Of a DNA stretch of 64,000 nucleotides, positions 35,728 to 46,818 are shown piece after piece. The number at the start of each line of letters is the position of its first letter. The first letter of the stretch is position 1. The stretch covers positions 401,754 through 465,753 of the forward strand of contig JAPMXV010000031.1 of the NCBI GenBank assembly GCA_026936335.1, read 5' to 3'. The notes under the pieces were generated by a model, which made no database searches, had not been told where the DNA came from, and saw nothing but the letters and a program-made list of their open reading frames with translations. A program made the position numbers and the translations under genes. The stretch comes from Mantamonas sphyraenae STR306. Taxonomy: Eukaryota; Protista; CRuMs.

Positions 35728-36974
35728 ATGATGACGACGATGAGAACGACGAGGAGCTTGGGAACAGTGGCGTGTGTGGTTGTGCTGTGTGTGTGGCTGC
35801 TAGCTGAGAGTGGGCAGGCACACCAGCACCACACAGTAACCGAGACGTACCCGGAAGTGCCGAACTGCCTCGAAGTGGAACGTGTGCCAGGGCACAACAT
35901 GACGCTGGAGGAGTTTTACAAGCGATTCACGTACGGCCTTGGCAAGCCCGTGGTTTTTACCAATCTCACGAGTAGGTGGCGCGTGCGTGGCAGTGCATGT
36001 GGGCGTGGCAGAGGGAGGGAGAAGCGACGCCGGAAAAAGGGGGTCGTTGTGAGAGGTGGCCGACGTTCTCGAGGCTTCTACAGCGACGGGATGAAAGGGA
36101 AACGAGGCACTGACGCATGGAAACACCTGTGTGTGTGCTGGGGATACACATAGGCACATGGCCGGCCCGCAAACTATGGACGTTTGAGTACTTTGAGGAG
36201 AAGTTTGGCAACCAGACGGTGACCATCACAAAGGGGGATGATCTGGAGCGCAAAAAGACGACGATTGCAGAGTACATCCAGTACTTGCGAGAGGGGGACA
36301 CGTCGGGGACGCCATGGTACATGATCAACTTTGTGTTTGCAAACAAGCTGCCGGAGCTGCTGAACGATTTTACGGTGCCTCACCTGTTCAAGCTGAACCT
36401 GATGGACAAGGTGAACCCGAACCATCTGCGGTGGTTGTTCTTTGGCGTAAAGGGATCCGGTTCAGCGATGCACAGCGACACGTTCAACACAGGAGCGTGG
36501 CTGACAACGCTGCAGGGTCGCAAGCGGTGGGTGTTGTATCCGCCCAACACGCTGAACGACATGGAGGAGGTGGATGCATTTTTCCCGCAGCCGCGCAAGT
36601 GTCGCCAGTACATGAAAATCCGTGGGGAAGCAGCGTCCGGGTACCACACGGTGCTTCACCCGGGCGAGATGATCTTTGTGCCGCCGACGTGGGCACACCA
36701 GGTGGTGAACATTGACAACACGCTGGCGCTGACGATCAACTTTATGAGCCCGTCCAACATCCGCTTTGTGGACGAGTACTTTGCAGAGATGTTGGCCATG
36801 GACGAAATGAGCAAGTACGACAAGGTGGTGAAGCGGCAGATCATGCCGATGCGCAGGAGGAAGTGGTGGAAGAAGGCCATGCGAGAGTACACAAAGTGGA
36901 TGGATGAGGAGACCGAGGCGCGGCAAGCGGCGTACAAGGCTCGGGTGGCCGCGGAGGAGAAAGCGAAGGAATGA
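35728..36974 (+). CDS. Second signal-peptide JmjC oxygenase, paralog of 32402-33567; intron 35972-36153
   Basis: ETYP.V.N, MTLEEFY, PVVFTNLTS/TWPARKLWT, DFTVPHLF, HSD, GRKRWVLYPP, PGEMIFVPPTWAHQVVN are all shared with the upstream JmjC. Confidence 0.85.
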
Positions 36975-37074
36975 AGAAAGAACAGAAGGAAAGAAGGTGG
37001 CGGCGTTTCAGTGAGGTTCGGAGTGGGGAGGGATGATGGATGGGAGGATGGAGATGGGCTAATGCATCCATTCT

Positions 37075-37599
37075 TTACACGCGGAGAGGAGGGGCAACGA
37101 GGATGACGGCGTCACCGCGGACAAAGAGCATGGGAGACTCGCGGGTGATGACCTGCACGGGGCCGGGATGGAACGAGAGGAGGGTGGGATGGGAAATGGG
37201 GATGGGGAGGGGTGGACGGATAGGGAGGGGGGGGGGGAGGGGTGGGAAGCGAAGAGGGGCGGTGTGAAGAGGTGAGCGAGGGGCGGAAGAGATGTCTGCG
37301 GAAAGAGGGCACGGGGGGGCAAGTAACACACCTCGCTCTTCTGAGTGCTTGTGTCTTCGTCAAAGGTTTTGTTGGTGATAGTCTCGACGACGTCGCCAAG
37401 GACCATGTTGAGATGCTGGTCGTAGGCCTGTGGAGAGGGGCAGGGGTCAGGATTGAGCGCAGGAGTGTGGCGGTCATGGGCAGCAGGGACGTACATGCAG
37501 CTTGCCCTGCAGTTCACGGTCGCCACGCAGTTTGACGTGGATGCGCTCGTCGAGACTGAGGCGGATGAGGTCCATGGGCTCCTCCACGGTGCTGGTCAT
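37075..37599 (-). CDS. LSM3: U6 snRNA-associated Sm-like protein LSm3; introns 37428-37494, 37153-37331
   Basis: [43 protein letters not shown]...[17 protein letters not shown]. Confidence 0.95.
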
Positions 37600-37671
37600 G
37601 GTTGGATGTTGCGCTGGGAGCGGCGGCGGAGCGCTCGAGCGGCAGCAAAAGAACCAAGAAGAACGGACGGC

Positions 37672-40600
37672 ATGGAGCTCGTCGAGCAGACACGGGAGGC
37701 GGAGGATGGAGATGTGGCGCTCAAGGTAGACCACGAGCTGTTGCAGGGAATGCTGGAGGACGAAGGCGTGAGCATGGACGAGGGGGTGTGGAGTGCGTAC
37801 CTGTGCAGCGAGAACTTGGCATTCGGAAGTGGAATGGCAAGCTACTTGTCACTGGATTCACAAGGAAGTGGGTACAGCATGGGGGGACTGTCATTTGAGC
37901 TGGAGGACGACGAAGAGGGGGAGGTCGGGGAGCTGGAGGACATTGGGTCGTTGCGGAAGAACGGGGTCGTGGACGAGGAGAAGAGGGCAGCGATGGAGGC
38001 AGCTGGGATCGACGTGGACGTGCTGTACACGCGTGACTGGAACGAGGAGTTTCAACGGTTGCTGGAAAGGCCAGTGGGCACGCCGGAGCAAGCGCGAGAG
38101 AGGTCCGAGGCAATCCGGAGGCTCTCGCAGGAGTTTGTGCAGGCGTGCACGCCGGTGGTGCAGCTGATTGTGTCTGAGAGGCACGTGGAGGGAGGAAACA
38201 AGGTGATCCGGGCGGCAACAGGAGTGGGAGGCCTGGCGGGCGGGAGCAAGTTTGTGGTGGGCCAGGTGTTGTTGAAGGTGGCCGTGGACGGGGTGGGCCA
38301 GGGAGGTCTGTACGGGGGTGGAGACAGTGGCGGCAGTAGCAGTAGGAGTGATACGCTGTACGGTGGGATCGACAACGCGCAAAAGGCGGCTCAGCTGGAA
38401 CTGCTGGCGCTGCAGGAGTACGTAAACTGCCAGGTGTCTGGGCTGCACTTTCCACTGATGGCACTGCTGTCGTACCAGGGCTACGTTGTGATCTGCACAA
38501 GCATCCTGCCTCTGGTGAGTTCGCACGGAGACGGGGACCGGGCGACGCTGGTGTACGGGAGCGACGATGGCGGACGCACGGTGGTTACATCGTCGCCCGT
38601 GATGAACAGCATGATGGAGACGGCTGCGAAAACGTTAAACCTACAGGCGCATCGTGTGGGCGGGCAGGTGTTGCACACGTGCGGGGACATCGAGGGCCAT
38701 CTGGGCGAGGATGGGCGATATACTACGTGCTGGACACGGCGCGCGCGTTCCCGCCGGAAACACCGCTGAAGAAACAGCCGCAGTCACACCTGTACAGGCG
38801 CCTGAGACCCGAGTTTGTGCGTGCGTACCCGCGGCCACTGAATCCAGACGCGTTTACGCTGTGGACGGCCGAGGACGAGGATGTGGCTGAGCAGGAGGCT
38901 GATGTACGTGCAGCGACGCGACACCTTGTGGGCGTGGTGATAGGCAAGGTGGCGGAGAGCTTGGAGCGGGATGTGGGCCACGGGATTGTGCATCCGCTTG
39001 GCAAACTGTCGTCGTTGATGCACCGGTTTGGGGTCAATGTGCGCTTCATGGGGCTGCTTCGATCGTGTGCACGTAGCGGGCAGCTGCTCAGTGAATTGTT
39101 GATGGAGTGTGTGGTGCGTGCGTTGAAGTGCAGCGTGCGCGCAGACTGGAGAGAGGGTGGAGTGGATGCGCGTCAAGTGGTGACCGAATACGCCAACCTG
39201 GTGCTGGGCACGCACAGCAACGCAGACAAGGTGTCACAATTCTGGCATGTGGATGTAAAGAGAATGGTGGTGAACAAGTTTGGGGAGGCGGCACTCACGG
39301 AGGAGGAAAAGGAGAGCGGAGTGGATCTGCGGGACGCAGGCGTGCGTGTGCACGTGCTGTTTGACAGGCTGATGGGAGTGTTGGGCGTGAGGTTGGACTC
39401 TGAAGTACACAACATGGCTGTGCGTGTGGGGCGTGGAGCAAGAGAGGGAAGTGAGGCGATCCGGGTGGAGGACATCCAGGAGATTGGCGTGCGTGCGGTG
39501 CAATTGGAGGTGATGCCGTTCATGCAGTGGCGAGGCAAAGAGGAAGAGGAACAGGGGATGGAGGACATGGAGGCTGTGGTGGATGCGCTGATGACGGACC
39601 GGGTCGTGGAGCTGCCGGCTGCAAATGAGGAGCAGCTGGCGCAGTACGAGGCAGAGTTGGGGTTGCGGAGAGAAGCGCTGGGGGAGCGGCATGCGTTTGT
39701 GGCGGACACCATGGAAAACTTGGCGCAGGTGCTGCGTGCACAGGGCAAGTTTGAGCGTGTGTGCGAGGTGTACGACGAGGTGGTGGCGATCCGGCGCGAA
39801 TGGATGGAGACGCACGAAAGCAAAGGAGAGCGTGCATGGAAGCATGGGTATGCGCTGGGGGCGTCGCTGGAGCGGTATGCAGAAGTGATGTGGGGCATGG
39901 GACGAGACAAGGAGGCAGAAGGGCTGATGGTACAGGCGGTGGATCTTTGGAAGGGGCGATTCACGGCGCTGGAGGAGCAAGGAGCCGGACACGAAGAGAT
40001 GAAGGAGAACATGGGGCGTCTGGCGCGTTGTGTGCGCGACCTGGGGATGCTCAAGGTGCGTCTGGCGGCGTACGACGAAGCAGAGCGGCTGTTGGAGCGG
40101 TCGCTTGCATTGGCAGAGAGCATGGACCTGCCTGTTGATAGCAAAACACTGCGGCATCTGGGCTACCTGTACAAGCTGCAGTGTCGCTTTAGGGAGAGCG
40201 AGGAGGTGCTTCAGCGTGCGCTGGCGCTGTGCAACAGCGAGCATCGCGGGCTGCCCGAGTTGACATTTGCGGAAGTGAAGCCGTACATGCATCTGAAACA
40301 GGACTGGGATGAGGCAGAAGATGGGGAAGAGGCAGAAGATGGGAGTGGAAGCGCGCTTGTGCGGCGTTGGCGGATTGCGGTGCACAGCAGCGTGGCCAAG
40401 GTTGTGATGAGGCTTGCGTGGCTGTGGTCGGCACAGGGAATGACGTGGGAGGCGGAGTGTGCGCTGTGGTATGCGTTGTTGGTGCTGGGCAAGGCGCAAG
40501 GGCCGTATCACGTGGATTTGGCGCAGCCTTTGCGGGACCTGGCCGCTCTGTACCGTGACACGGGATTCTTTGTGGAGAGCAAGGGGCTGTTGCGACGATG

Positions 40601-41642
40601 CTTTCGCATTCAGATGCACTACTATCGAAGTGAAGCGTTTGCAGACGTGGCGCTGACACACATGGGGCTGGGTCACACGTTGCGGGAGACAATGCGGTAT
40701 CACGAAGCGACGCAGCACATGGGCAAGGCGGTGCGCATCCTGCGCGATTTGTACGGCGAGGAGCACCGCCTGGTTGCGTACAGCAAGTCGCTGCTTGGCC
40801 AACGGCTGAACAAGGGTGGGCGACACGAGGAAGGGATGGAACTGATTGAGGGTGGGCTGAAGACGATGGTGGCGCTGATGGGAGAGGAACACCCAGACAC
40901 AGCGAGTGTGGTGGAGCGGCGGGGGGAGGGGTGGATGGACATGAAGGAGTGGGACAGGGCGATGGAGGATCTGGGAAGGGCGCTGGAGATCAGGCAGGCG
41001 TTGATGGGGACGGAGAACACGGTGTGCATGCGCACGGAAAACAAGATGGCACTGGTGTGGGAACACAAAGGGGAGCGGGAGGTGGCGATTGAGAAGTGGC
41101 GGGAACTGCTGGCTCGGCAGAGACCGATGCTGAGCGAACGGCACCCAGACCTGCTGCGGACGATGTCGAACCTATCGCGTGTGCTGGAGCAGGTGGGAGA
41201 GTACATGGAGGCGGAGGAGCTGCTGGACGAAGGGATGGCGCTGTTGAAAAAGTACCACCCGAAGCTGACGTCTGGATTCGAGCACCGGCGCAAAGAGAGG
41301 TTGGCGTCGCTGACGGCACGGTGCAGAGTGCACAAGACGGGTCATGTGTGGAAGTTGCGGCGGTTCCTTGGGTGGCGGCAAATGTGGGGAGAGGTGAAAG
41401 GAGACAGCGTGAACTTGTACACGCTTCCGCATCGGGAGGGCGACAATCCAGACGAAGTGATATCGCTGGAGCACTGCGTGAACATGGAGGAAGTGGAAGT
41501 GGGGCGGCTCCCGAGGCAGGTAGGCCAGGGCCGAAGCGTTTTGTTGATGCTGCAGGATTCGACAAAGCAGCTGCTGGTGGATGTGGAAGAGGAGGATTTC
41601 GACGAGTGGCAGCGTGCGTTGGACAAGGCGATGCGTGCGTGA
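37672..41642 (+). CDS. Clu-domain protein with kinesin-light-chain-type TPRs and C-terminal PH domain; apparent frameshift at ~38719
   Basis: [68 protein letters not shown] (Clu). Repeats of LGE.HPD.A type (TPR). HKTGHVWK...WRQMW...EWQRAL (PH). Confidence 0.8.
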
Positions 41643-41691
41643 TGGGGTGACGAGGTGGTGGACAAGGCGATGCGTGGGTGATGGGGTGACG
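41620..41691 (+). repeat. 33-nt near-perfect direct repeat (period 39) duplicating the stop-codon region of the Clu gene
   Basis: tggacaaggcgatgcgtg(c/g)gtgatggggtgacg occurs at 41620 and 41659. Confidence 0.85.
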
Positions 41692-41729
41692 GGATTGAAG
41701 GAGAGCTTCCATTTGTGCAGGGTGCAGGC

Positions 41730-42308
41730 TCAGTTTGCACTGGCCTCCTTGATCTGGTCGCCGGCCTTGGAGAGGATGGTGGTCTTGCTTGAGTCGTCCA
41801 TCTCGTCGCTGACGCTCTGGAAGGAGGCGAGGCTGGAGCTCATGTTTGTGGAGAGGAAGTGCTCCTCCTGGGCGGACAGCTCCTCGCCAAGCTTCTTGAG
41901 GGCAGAGAGGATCTCTGTGGCCTGTGAGTTGTACTCGTCCTGTGAGAGCTTCTTGAGGGCGAGGTCGCGCTGGAGATTGTCGAGGCGTGTGCGGAGCTGG
42001 CCGGGCTGCTTCTTGGCAAACATGCCAATGACCTCGGGGGTTTGGAAGGCGTCGCTGACGGCGGCCTGGATGGCCAGACGCATGGCGCCGAGCTCGTCGA
42101 CGAGGGAGACGTCGCCGGAGATGAGTTTGTCGAGAGAGGCCTGGAACTCCTTGAGCTGCTCGGTGGTCTCTGCCTTTGTCTCCTCGTACTCCTCCTCGTC
42201 GAGGTCCTCCTTGAGCTCCTCGACGTCCTTGAGCTGCTCGATGAGCCTGGTCATCTGCTCTTGCATGTTTGTGATGAGTTGCTGGGTTTCGTTCTTGCCG
42301 TGGGACAT
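41730..42308 (-). CDS. LZIC: Leucine zipper and ICAT-homologous domain protein LZIC
   Basis: DLDEEEYEETKAET.EQLKEF, GDVSLVDELGAMRLAIQAAVSDAFQTPEVIGMFAKKQPGQLRTRL, EILSALKKLGEELS. Confidence 0.92.
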   Translation of the reverse strand: MSHGKNETQQLITNMQEQMTRLIEQLKDVEELKEDLDEEEYEETKAETTEQLKEFQASLDKLISGDVSLVDELGAMRLAIQAAVSDAFQTPEVIGMFAKKQPGQLRTRLDNLQRDLALKKLSQDEYNSQATEILSALKKLGEELSAQEEHFLSTNMSSSLASFQSVSDEMDDSSKTTILSKAGDQIKEASAN

Positions 42309-42383
42309 GGTGTGATGGTGTGGTTGGGTTGGCCCACGGGAGGGCAACCACCTTTTTTTTGAAGAGAGAATTCGCAAGCGAGC

Positions 42384-43415
42384 ATGAAGATTGCAGTGAT
42401 TGGATGCGGGTCGATTGGCAAGCGACACATTCGCAACCTGTACAAGGAGCATGGGATGCGAGAGCTGCTGTTGTTTGACGTGTTTGATGGGATGTACGCG
42501 GAGCTGGTGGAGGAGCTGGAGGGTGTGGAGGGCACGACGTCCATGGAGCGTGTGTGGGAGTGGGAGCCAGAGGTTGTGTTTGTGTTGAGTCCGAGCAACT
42601 ACCACCTGGAGGCGGCGCTGGAGGCAGCGAAGCGCGGGTGTCACCTGTTTGTGGAGAAGCCCGTGTCGCACAATCTGGAGGGTCTGGACGAGCTGATGGC
42701 GGTCGTGGAGGAGAAACAGGTGGTGACGTTTGTTGGGTGCAACATGCGGTACCATCCCGGGCCAGCGACGGTGAACAAGCTGGTCGGGGAAGGGCGTGTG
42801 GGCCGTGTGCTGTCTGCGCGCATCAAGACGGGATCGTTCCTGCCATCGTGGCGGCCTGGAAGCGACTACACCAAGAGCTACAGCGCGTCGACAGAGTATG
42901 GTGGAGCCATTCTGGACTGCATCCACGAGTTGGACCTTGCTCTGTGGCTGTTGGGCCCAGCGCAGTTGGGAGGGTGTTTGACGCTGCCGGCGGAACATCT
43001 TGGTTTGGCCACGGACGGGGCATCTGAGATCCTACTGGCGCACGAGAACGGCAGCGTGTCCTCTGTACATCTTTCGTTCATGCAGCGTAACTACAAGCGC
43101 TGCATCGAGGTGGTGGGAGAGACAGGCACGCTGGAATGGGATTTTGTGGCGGGCAAGGTGGACGTGTACGGCGACGACGGCCAGGTGAGCGAGTCTGTGG
43201 CACAGGAGGAGGACTGGGAGGTAAACAAGATGTATGTGGACGAGATTGCGCACTTTCTCAAGTGTGTGGAAAGCGGAGAGACGGCGACTGGGAACGACGT
43301 GGCGACGGCGACCAAGACGCTTGCGCTGGCGCTGGAGATCCGTGGGAAGGGCATGGTGGGGAAAGACGGGGAGGGAGAAGAGGGAAGTGTGGATGTGGGG
43401 GTGGAGGTGGAGTGA
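42384..43415 (+). CDS. Gfo/Idh/MocA family NAD(P)-dependent oxidoreductase, intronless
   Basis: IGCGSIGKRH, FVEKP, GCNMRYHP, GGAILDCIHELD. Confidence 0.88.
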   Translation: MKIAVIGCGSIGKRHIRNLYKEHGMRELLLFDVFDGMYAELVEELEGVEGTTSMERVWEWEPEVVFVLSPSNYHLEAALEAAKRGCHLFVEKPVSHNLEGLDELMAVVEEKQVVTFVGCNMRYHPGPATVNKLVGEGRVGRVLSARIKTGSFLPSWRPGSDYTKSYSASTEYGGAILDCIHELDLALWLLGPAQLGGCLTLPAEHLGLATDGASEILLAHENGSVSSVHLSFMQRNYKRCIEVVGETGTLEWDFVAGKVDVYGDDGQVSESVAQEEDWEVNKMYVDEIAHFLKCVESGETATGNDVATATKTLALALEIRGKGMVGKDGEGEEGSVDVGVEVE

Positions 43416-43461
43416 GCGGCAATGGATGCAAGAGAAGAAGTCTTGTGATCAATACTGTAGG

Positions 43462-44009
43462 ATGGGAAAGCGCAAAATCATTCGCAACGGAGAGATTGTA
43501 GAGGTGGACGACGCAGAACTCGCGAGACAACACTCTGGACAGGGAGGCGCAGGAGGGACGGGAGCACAGGCGGGCGGAGGGGATGGGTTTGTGCAGTCGT
43601 TTGCCGGAGGCGGTTCGTCGAACTTTGACAACCCTGGAGGCGGAGGTGGGAGGCGCGGGAACGGGAACGTGGAGAGGAGGGTACCTGGAGCGAGCGAGTT
43701 TGTAGGTGGGCTTCCGGACGTGACGCTGGGAGGGCACACGTTCCCAGGGTGGGTTGCGGCAGCCGCGGTGCTGGCACTTGTGTTTTCGGGCCCACAGGGG
43801 CTCATTGGAGTCATGCTGGTGTATGCGATTGTGCTCCGTGTGAATCCGTCGCTGGTGGCGACTGGAAACAGTGGTGGTGGCGGTGCTGGTGTGGAGGAGC
43901 AGGGGCGGCGGCAGGAGGCGGAAGCAGGCCCCAGGGCGGGAACCGTGTGGGTGGAAGCGGGCGTGGACAGCGCATCGGGACGTTGCAGGACCTGGACAAG
44001 CAGGATTGA
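43462..44009 (+). CDS. FAM241 (DUF4605)-like small membrane protein; apparent -1 frameshift at ~43891
   Basis: IIRNGEIVEVDD and GLPDVTLGGH..P...LALVFSGPQGLIGVMLVY resemble FAM241. The Gly-rich tail continues in the shifted frame to RIGTLQDLDKQD*. Confidence 0.6.
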
Positions 44010-44058
44010 GCAAAGGGATGTGGGTGGGGGAGTGCGAAATGGGACGCAATGCAAAAGG

Positions 44059-45200
44059 ATGGAGGACGACGGGTTTGAGTCTGAGGAAGAAGTGGTGCCG
44101 AGCCGTGTGGCCGTGCACTCGCAGGCAGGACTGCGCGAACTGTTGCATGGGGTGGAGATGGGTGGAAGTAGCCCGTCACCAAAGCGTAGTGGGCGGAAGA
44201 GCAAGCGAAAGGGGCAGGCTGCGCAGGAGCGTGCGCGCGAGATCAAACGGGAGGCGTACGAGAAGCGGCTGAAGGAGATGGAGGAGGAGACACAGAGGAT
44301 TGTGGAGAGGAGCAAGGTATGCGAGAGATGGGGGTTGCGGTGGGGCACGGGTACGGGGTTGCTGACACAGGGAAACGAGCGCAGATCAAGCGAGAGCAGC
44401 AGTTTAACGACCTCTTTGACAACATCCGGGAGGAGCAGGAGACATTTGTGCGCAGCGTGGACGAGTATCTCGAGGCAAAGGAGCGGCAGGAGGCGAGGAA
44501 GAAGGAGCAGCTGTATCGAGATTGGTCGGAGCAGATCTTTGAGCCGATTCAGGCGCAAATAACGGAACAATTGGAATCGTTGGACAGCGACGAACTGGGC
44601 AGGACGCACAGGGAGGAGTTTGACGAGGTAGGTCGGCGGGCGGGTGAGGAAAACGGGAGTGTGGCGGGCGTGTGGAGGTGGGAGGAGGTGCGGGTGTGGT
44701 GTGGTGGTGAGGTGGGTGGAGCGTGCGGGTGGGCGGCTGGACGGAGCGCTGACGCGGGACTCGTGGCCACATGACAGTATCTGGCACAGTCGTCGGCTCG
44801 CACAGGTGGCGGACTGGAGGTGGAGAGCAGCCGAAGCAAGCAGAAGAGCAGAATCCGATACAAAAAGACACAGCGGGATCCGCTGAAGAAGGACTTGGAA
44901 AAGACCATTGCGGAGAAGGCGTTCATGGGGGAGAAGATGAGTGTGAAGGCAAAGACACGGGAAGACATGTTGGGCATGGAGTATTGGACGGAGCTAGAGT
45001 GCACGCCGTACCACGACTACGACGCGCGACGGGGAAAGGCCTCGCGACACGGAAACACAAAGAACTCGTCGCGTGTGGTGTTGGATCACTTTTCGTATGC
45101 GCAAGGGTATGATGTGGTGAAGGAAGAGCTGCCCAATGGTGGAAAGACAGGCGTGAGGACGGGGTTCACAGTGGGAGACACGACGATGGGGGATTTGTGA
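44059..45200 (+). CDS. FAM228-like coiled-coil protein; introns 44317-44384, 44628-44777
   Basis: Spliced frame RSK/IKREQQF...RKKEQLYRDWSEQIFEPIQ...EEFDE/YLAQ...RDPLKK resembles FAM228 motifs from memory. Confidence 0.55.
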
Positions 45201-45245
45201 GCGGCGAGAGAGAGCGAGAGCAGCAAATGCAGAACCAAGGTACGT

Positions 45246-46758
45246 TTATCGTCGTGATGAAGAGGCGTTGCTGCGTCCAGAACGTGCGCTGCGTGCGCTG
45301 CGTGCACTGGCTCGGCGTGGGGAGGTGGAGCGGGAGCGGGATCGTCGGGAGGTTGTGCGGCGGCCTGTGCCTCGGCCACGACCGGCGTTCTTTCGTCGTC
45401 GACGTCGTCGGCGGCGAGCAACTTTCTTGGCGTAGTACTCGTGCCAGAGAGTCTGGATGCGGAGGGCGGCTTCGTTGCGAAGTTTTTCGAGCTGCTCGAG
45501 CTCGATGCGCTGTTGCTGGAGGCGCTCTTCTTCCTCCAGGAGTCCCTCGGCCTCCTTGAACTTCTTGGTGTGGTCGCTGAGACGGATGAGGTCTGCAGCG
45601 CGCTGGGCCTTGAGATCTTCGAGCTCTTGGTCTTTTTGCTGGAGGTCCTGGTCGCATTTGAGGGACCAGAAGCGGATCTCCTCTTGCATGGCGTCATGCT
45701 TCTTCTTGAGAAAGGCGACACTCTGGTCGTGGACACGGAGCTCCATCTCGATGCGCTTCTGCAGATGCTCGGCCTGCGAGGCGAGCTGGTGCTCCTTCTG
45801 ACTGAACAGGCGCTGGCCTGCTTTCTCCTTGGCGTCGTGCTCCTTGCGCGAGTATTTGAAGCCGATGGTGGTGTTTGTCTTGAGCTCTTGCAGCTCCTGG
45901 CGGCGCCTGTGAATCTCGATTTCCAGCGACTCGACCTCAGACTCTTTCTGCGTGGTGATGTCGTCGATTTCTGCGCGGATGCGTTCAACTGGGCGATGCG
46001 TGTGCTTGCGTGTGAGATCGGGGAGAGGCAGAAAGAGGCGTGGCAGCAGGGGTGCGTGTATGCGAGCGGAAGACGCGTCGGGCGGGCGACGCAACGGTCG
46101 AGCCGGTGCGAGGAAACGAGGCCGTGTGGGCGGACTGGAGGACACACATGAAACAGAGTGTGGTGGAGGGGACGGACACGGGAGTGGGGTGTGCAAAAGG
46201 GAAGTGAACGAGACGCATGTGCGGCATACCTTCGTCTGTGGCCTTGCGAGCGTCGTGGATGAGGTCGTCCAACGACTTCTTCTTGATCTTTTCGTCCTCC
46301 ACGGTGGTGTACAGGGTGTGGAAGGAGCCATCGCGGAGCTCGCGGATGGTAAGTGCAATCATCTGCTCGAGCTCGGTGCGCTGGCGCTGAATCTTGAGCA
46401 GGTTCTCGCTGACGTTTGGGTTTTCGCGCAGGTTGCGGGTGAGGACTTTGGTGCTGTGCTTGAGCTCTCGCTGCACCTCTTTGATCTCCTCTTCGTTCTC
46501 CTTGAACTTCATTTTGTTTTGCTTGAGCTTGAGGTGGGAGCGGAGAGCGAGGAGCTGCTCGTAGCGCTCCTGGTACTCGCGCTGTTCGTCGATGGTGCGC
46601 TTGATTTCCTGGTCCATAAACTGGGCGAGCTCGTCGCGGTGGGCCAGGATGTCTGGGGTGTTTGCCTCGAGCAGGTGCAACTTTTCGAGCCCCTCCTCCA
46701 TGATGGCCGCCACGCGCATGGCTTCCAGCGTGCTCAGGGAAGCGTGTTGCGAGGACAT
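45246..46758 (-). CDS. IQCG: Dynein regulatory complex subunit DRC9/IQCG-like; intron 45989-46229
   Basis: EAMRVAAIMEE, RNLRENPNVSENLLKIQRQR, long coiled coil, C-terminal IQ motif AALRIQTLW; Arg/Ser-rich tail. Confidence 0.75.
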
Positions 46759-46818
46759 GGCGAGCGTTGGTGGAGCCAGCGTTTGCGTTGATTTTTGGTT
46801 TGGATTTGGAGGTTTGGA

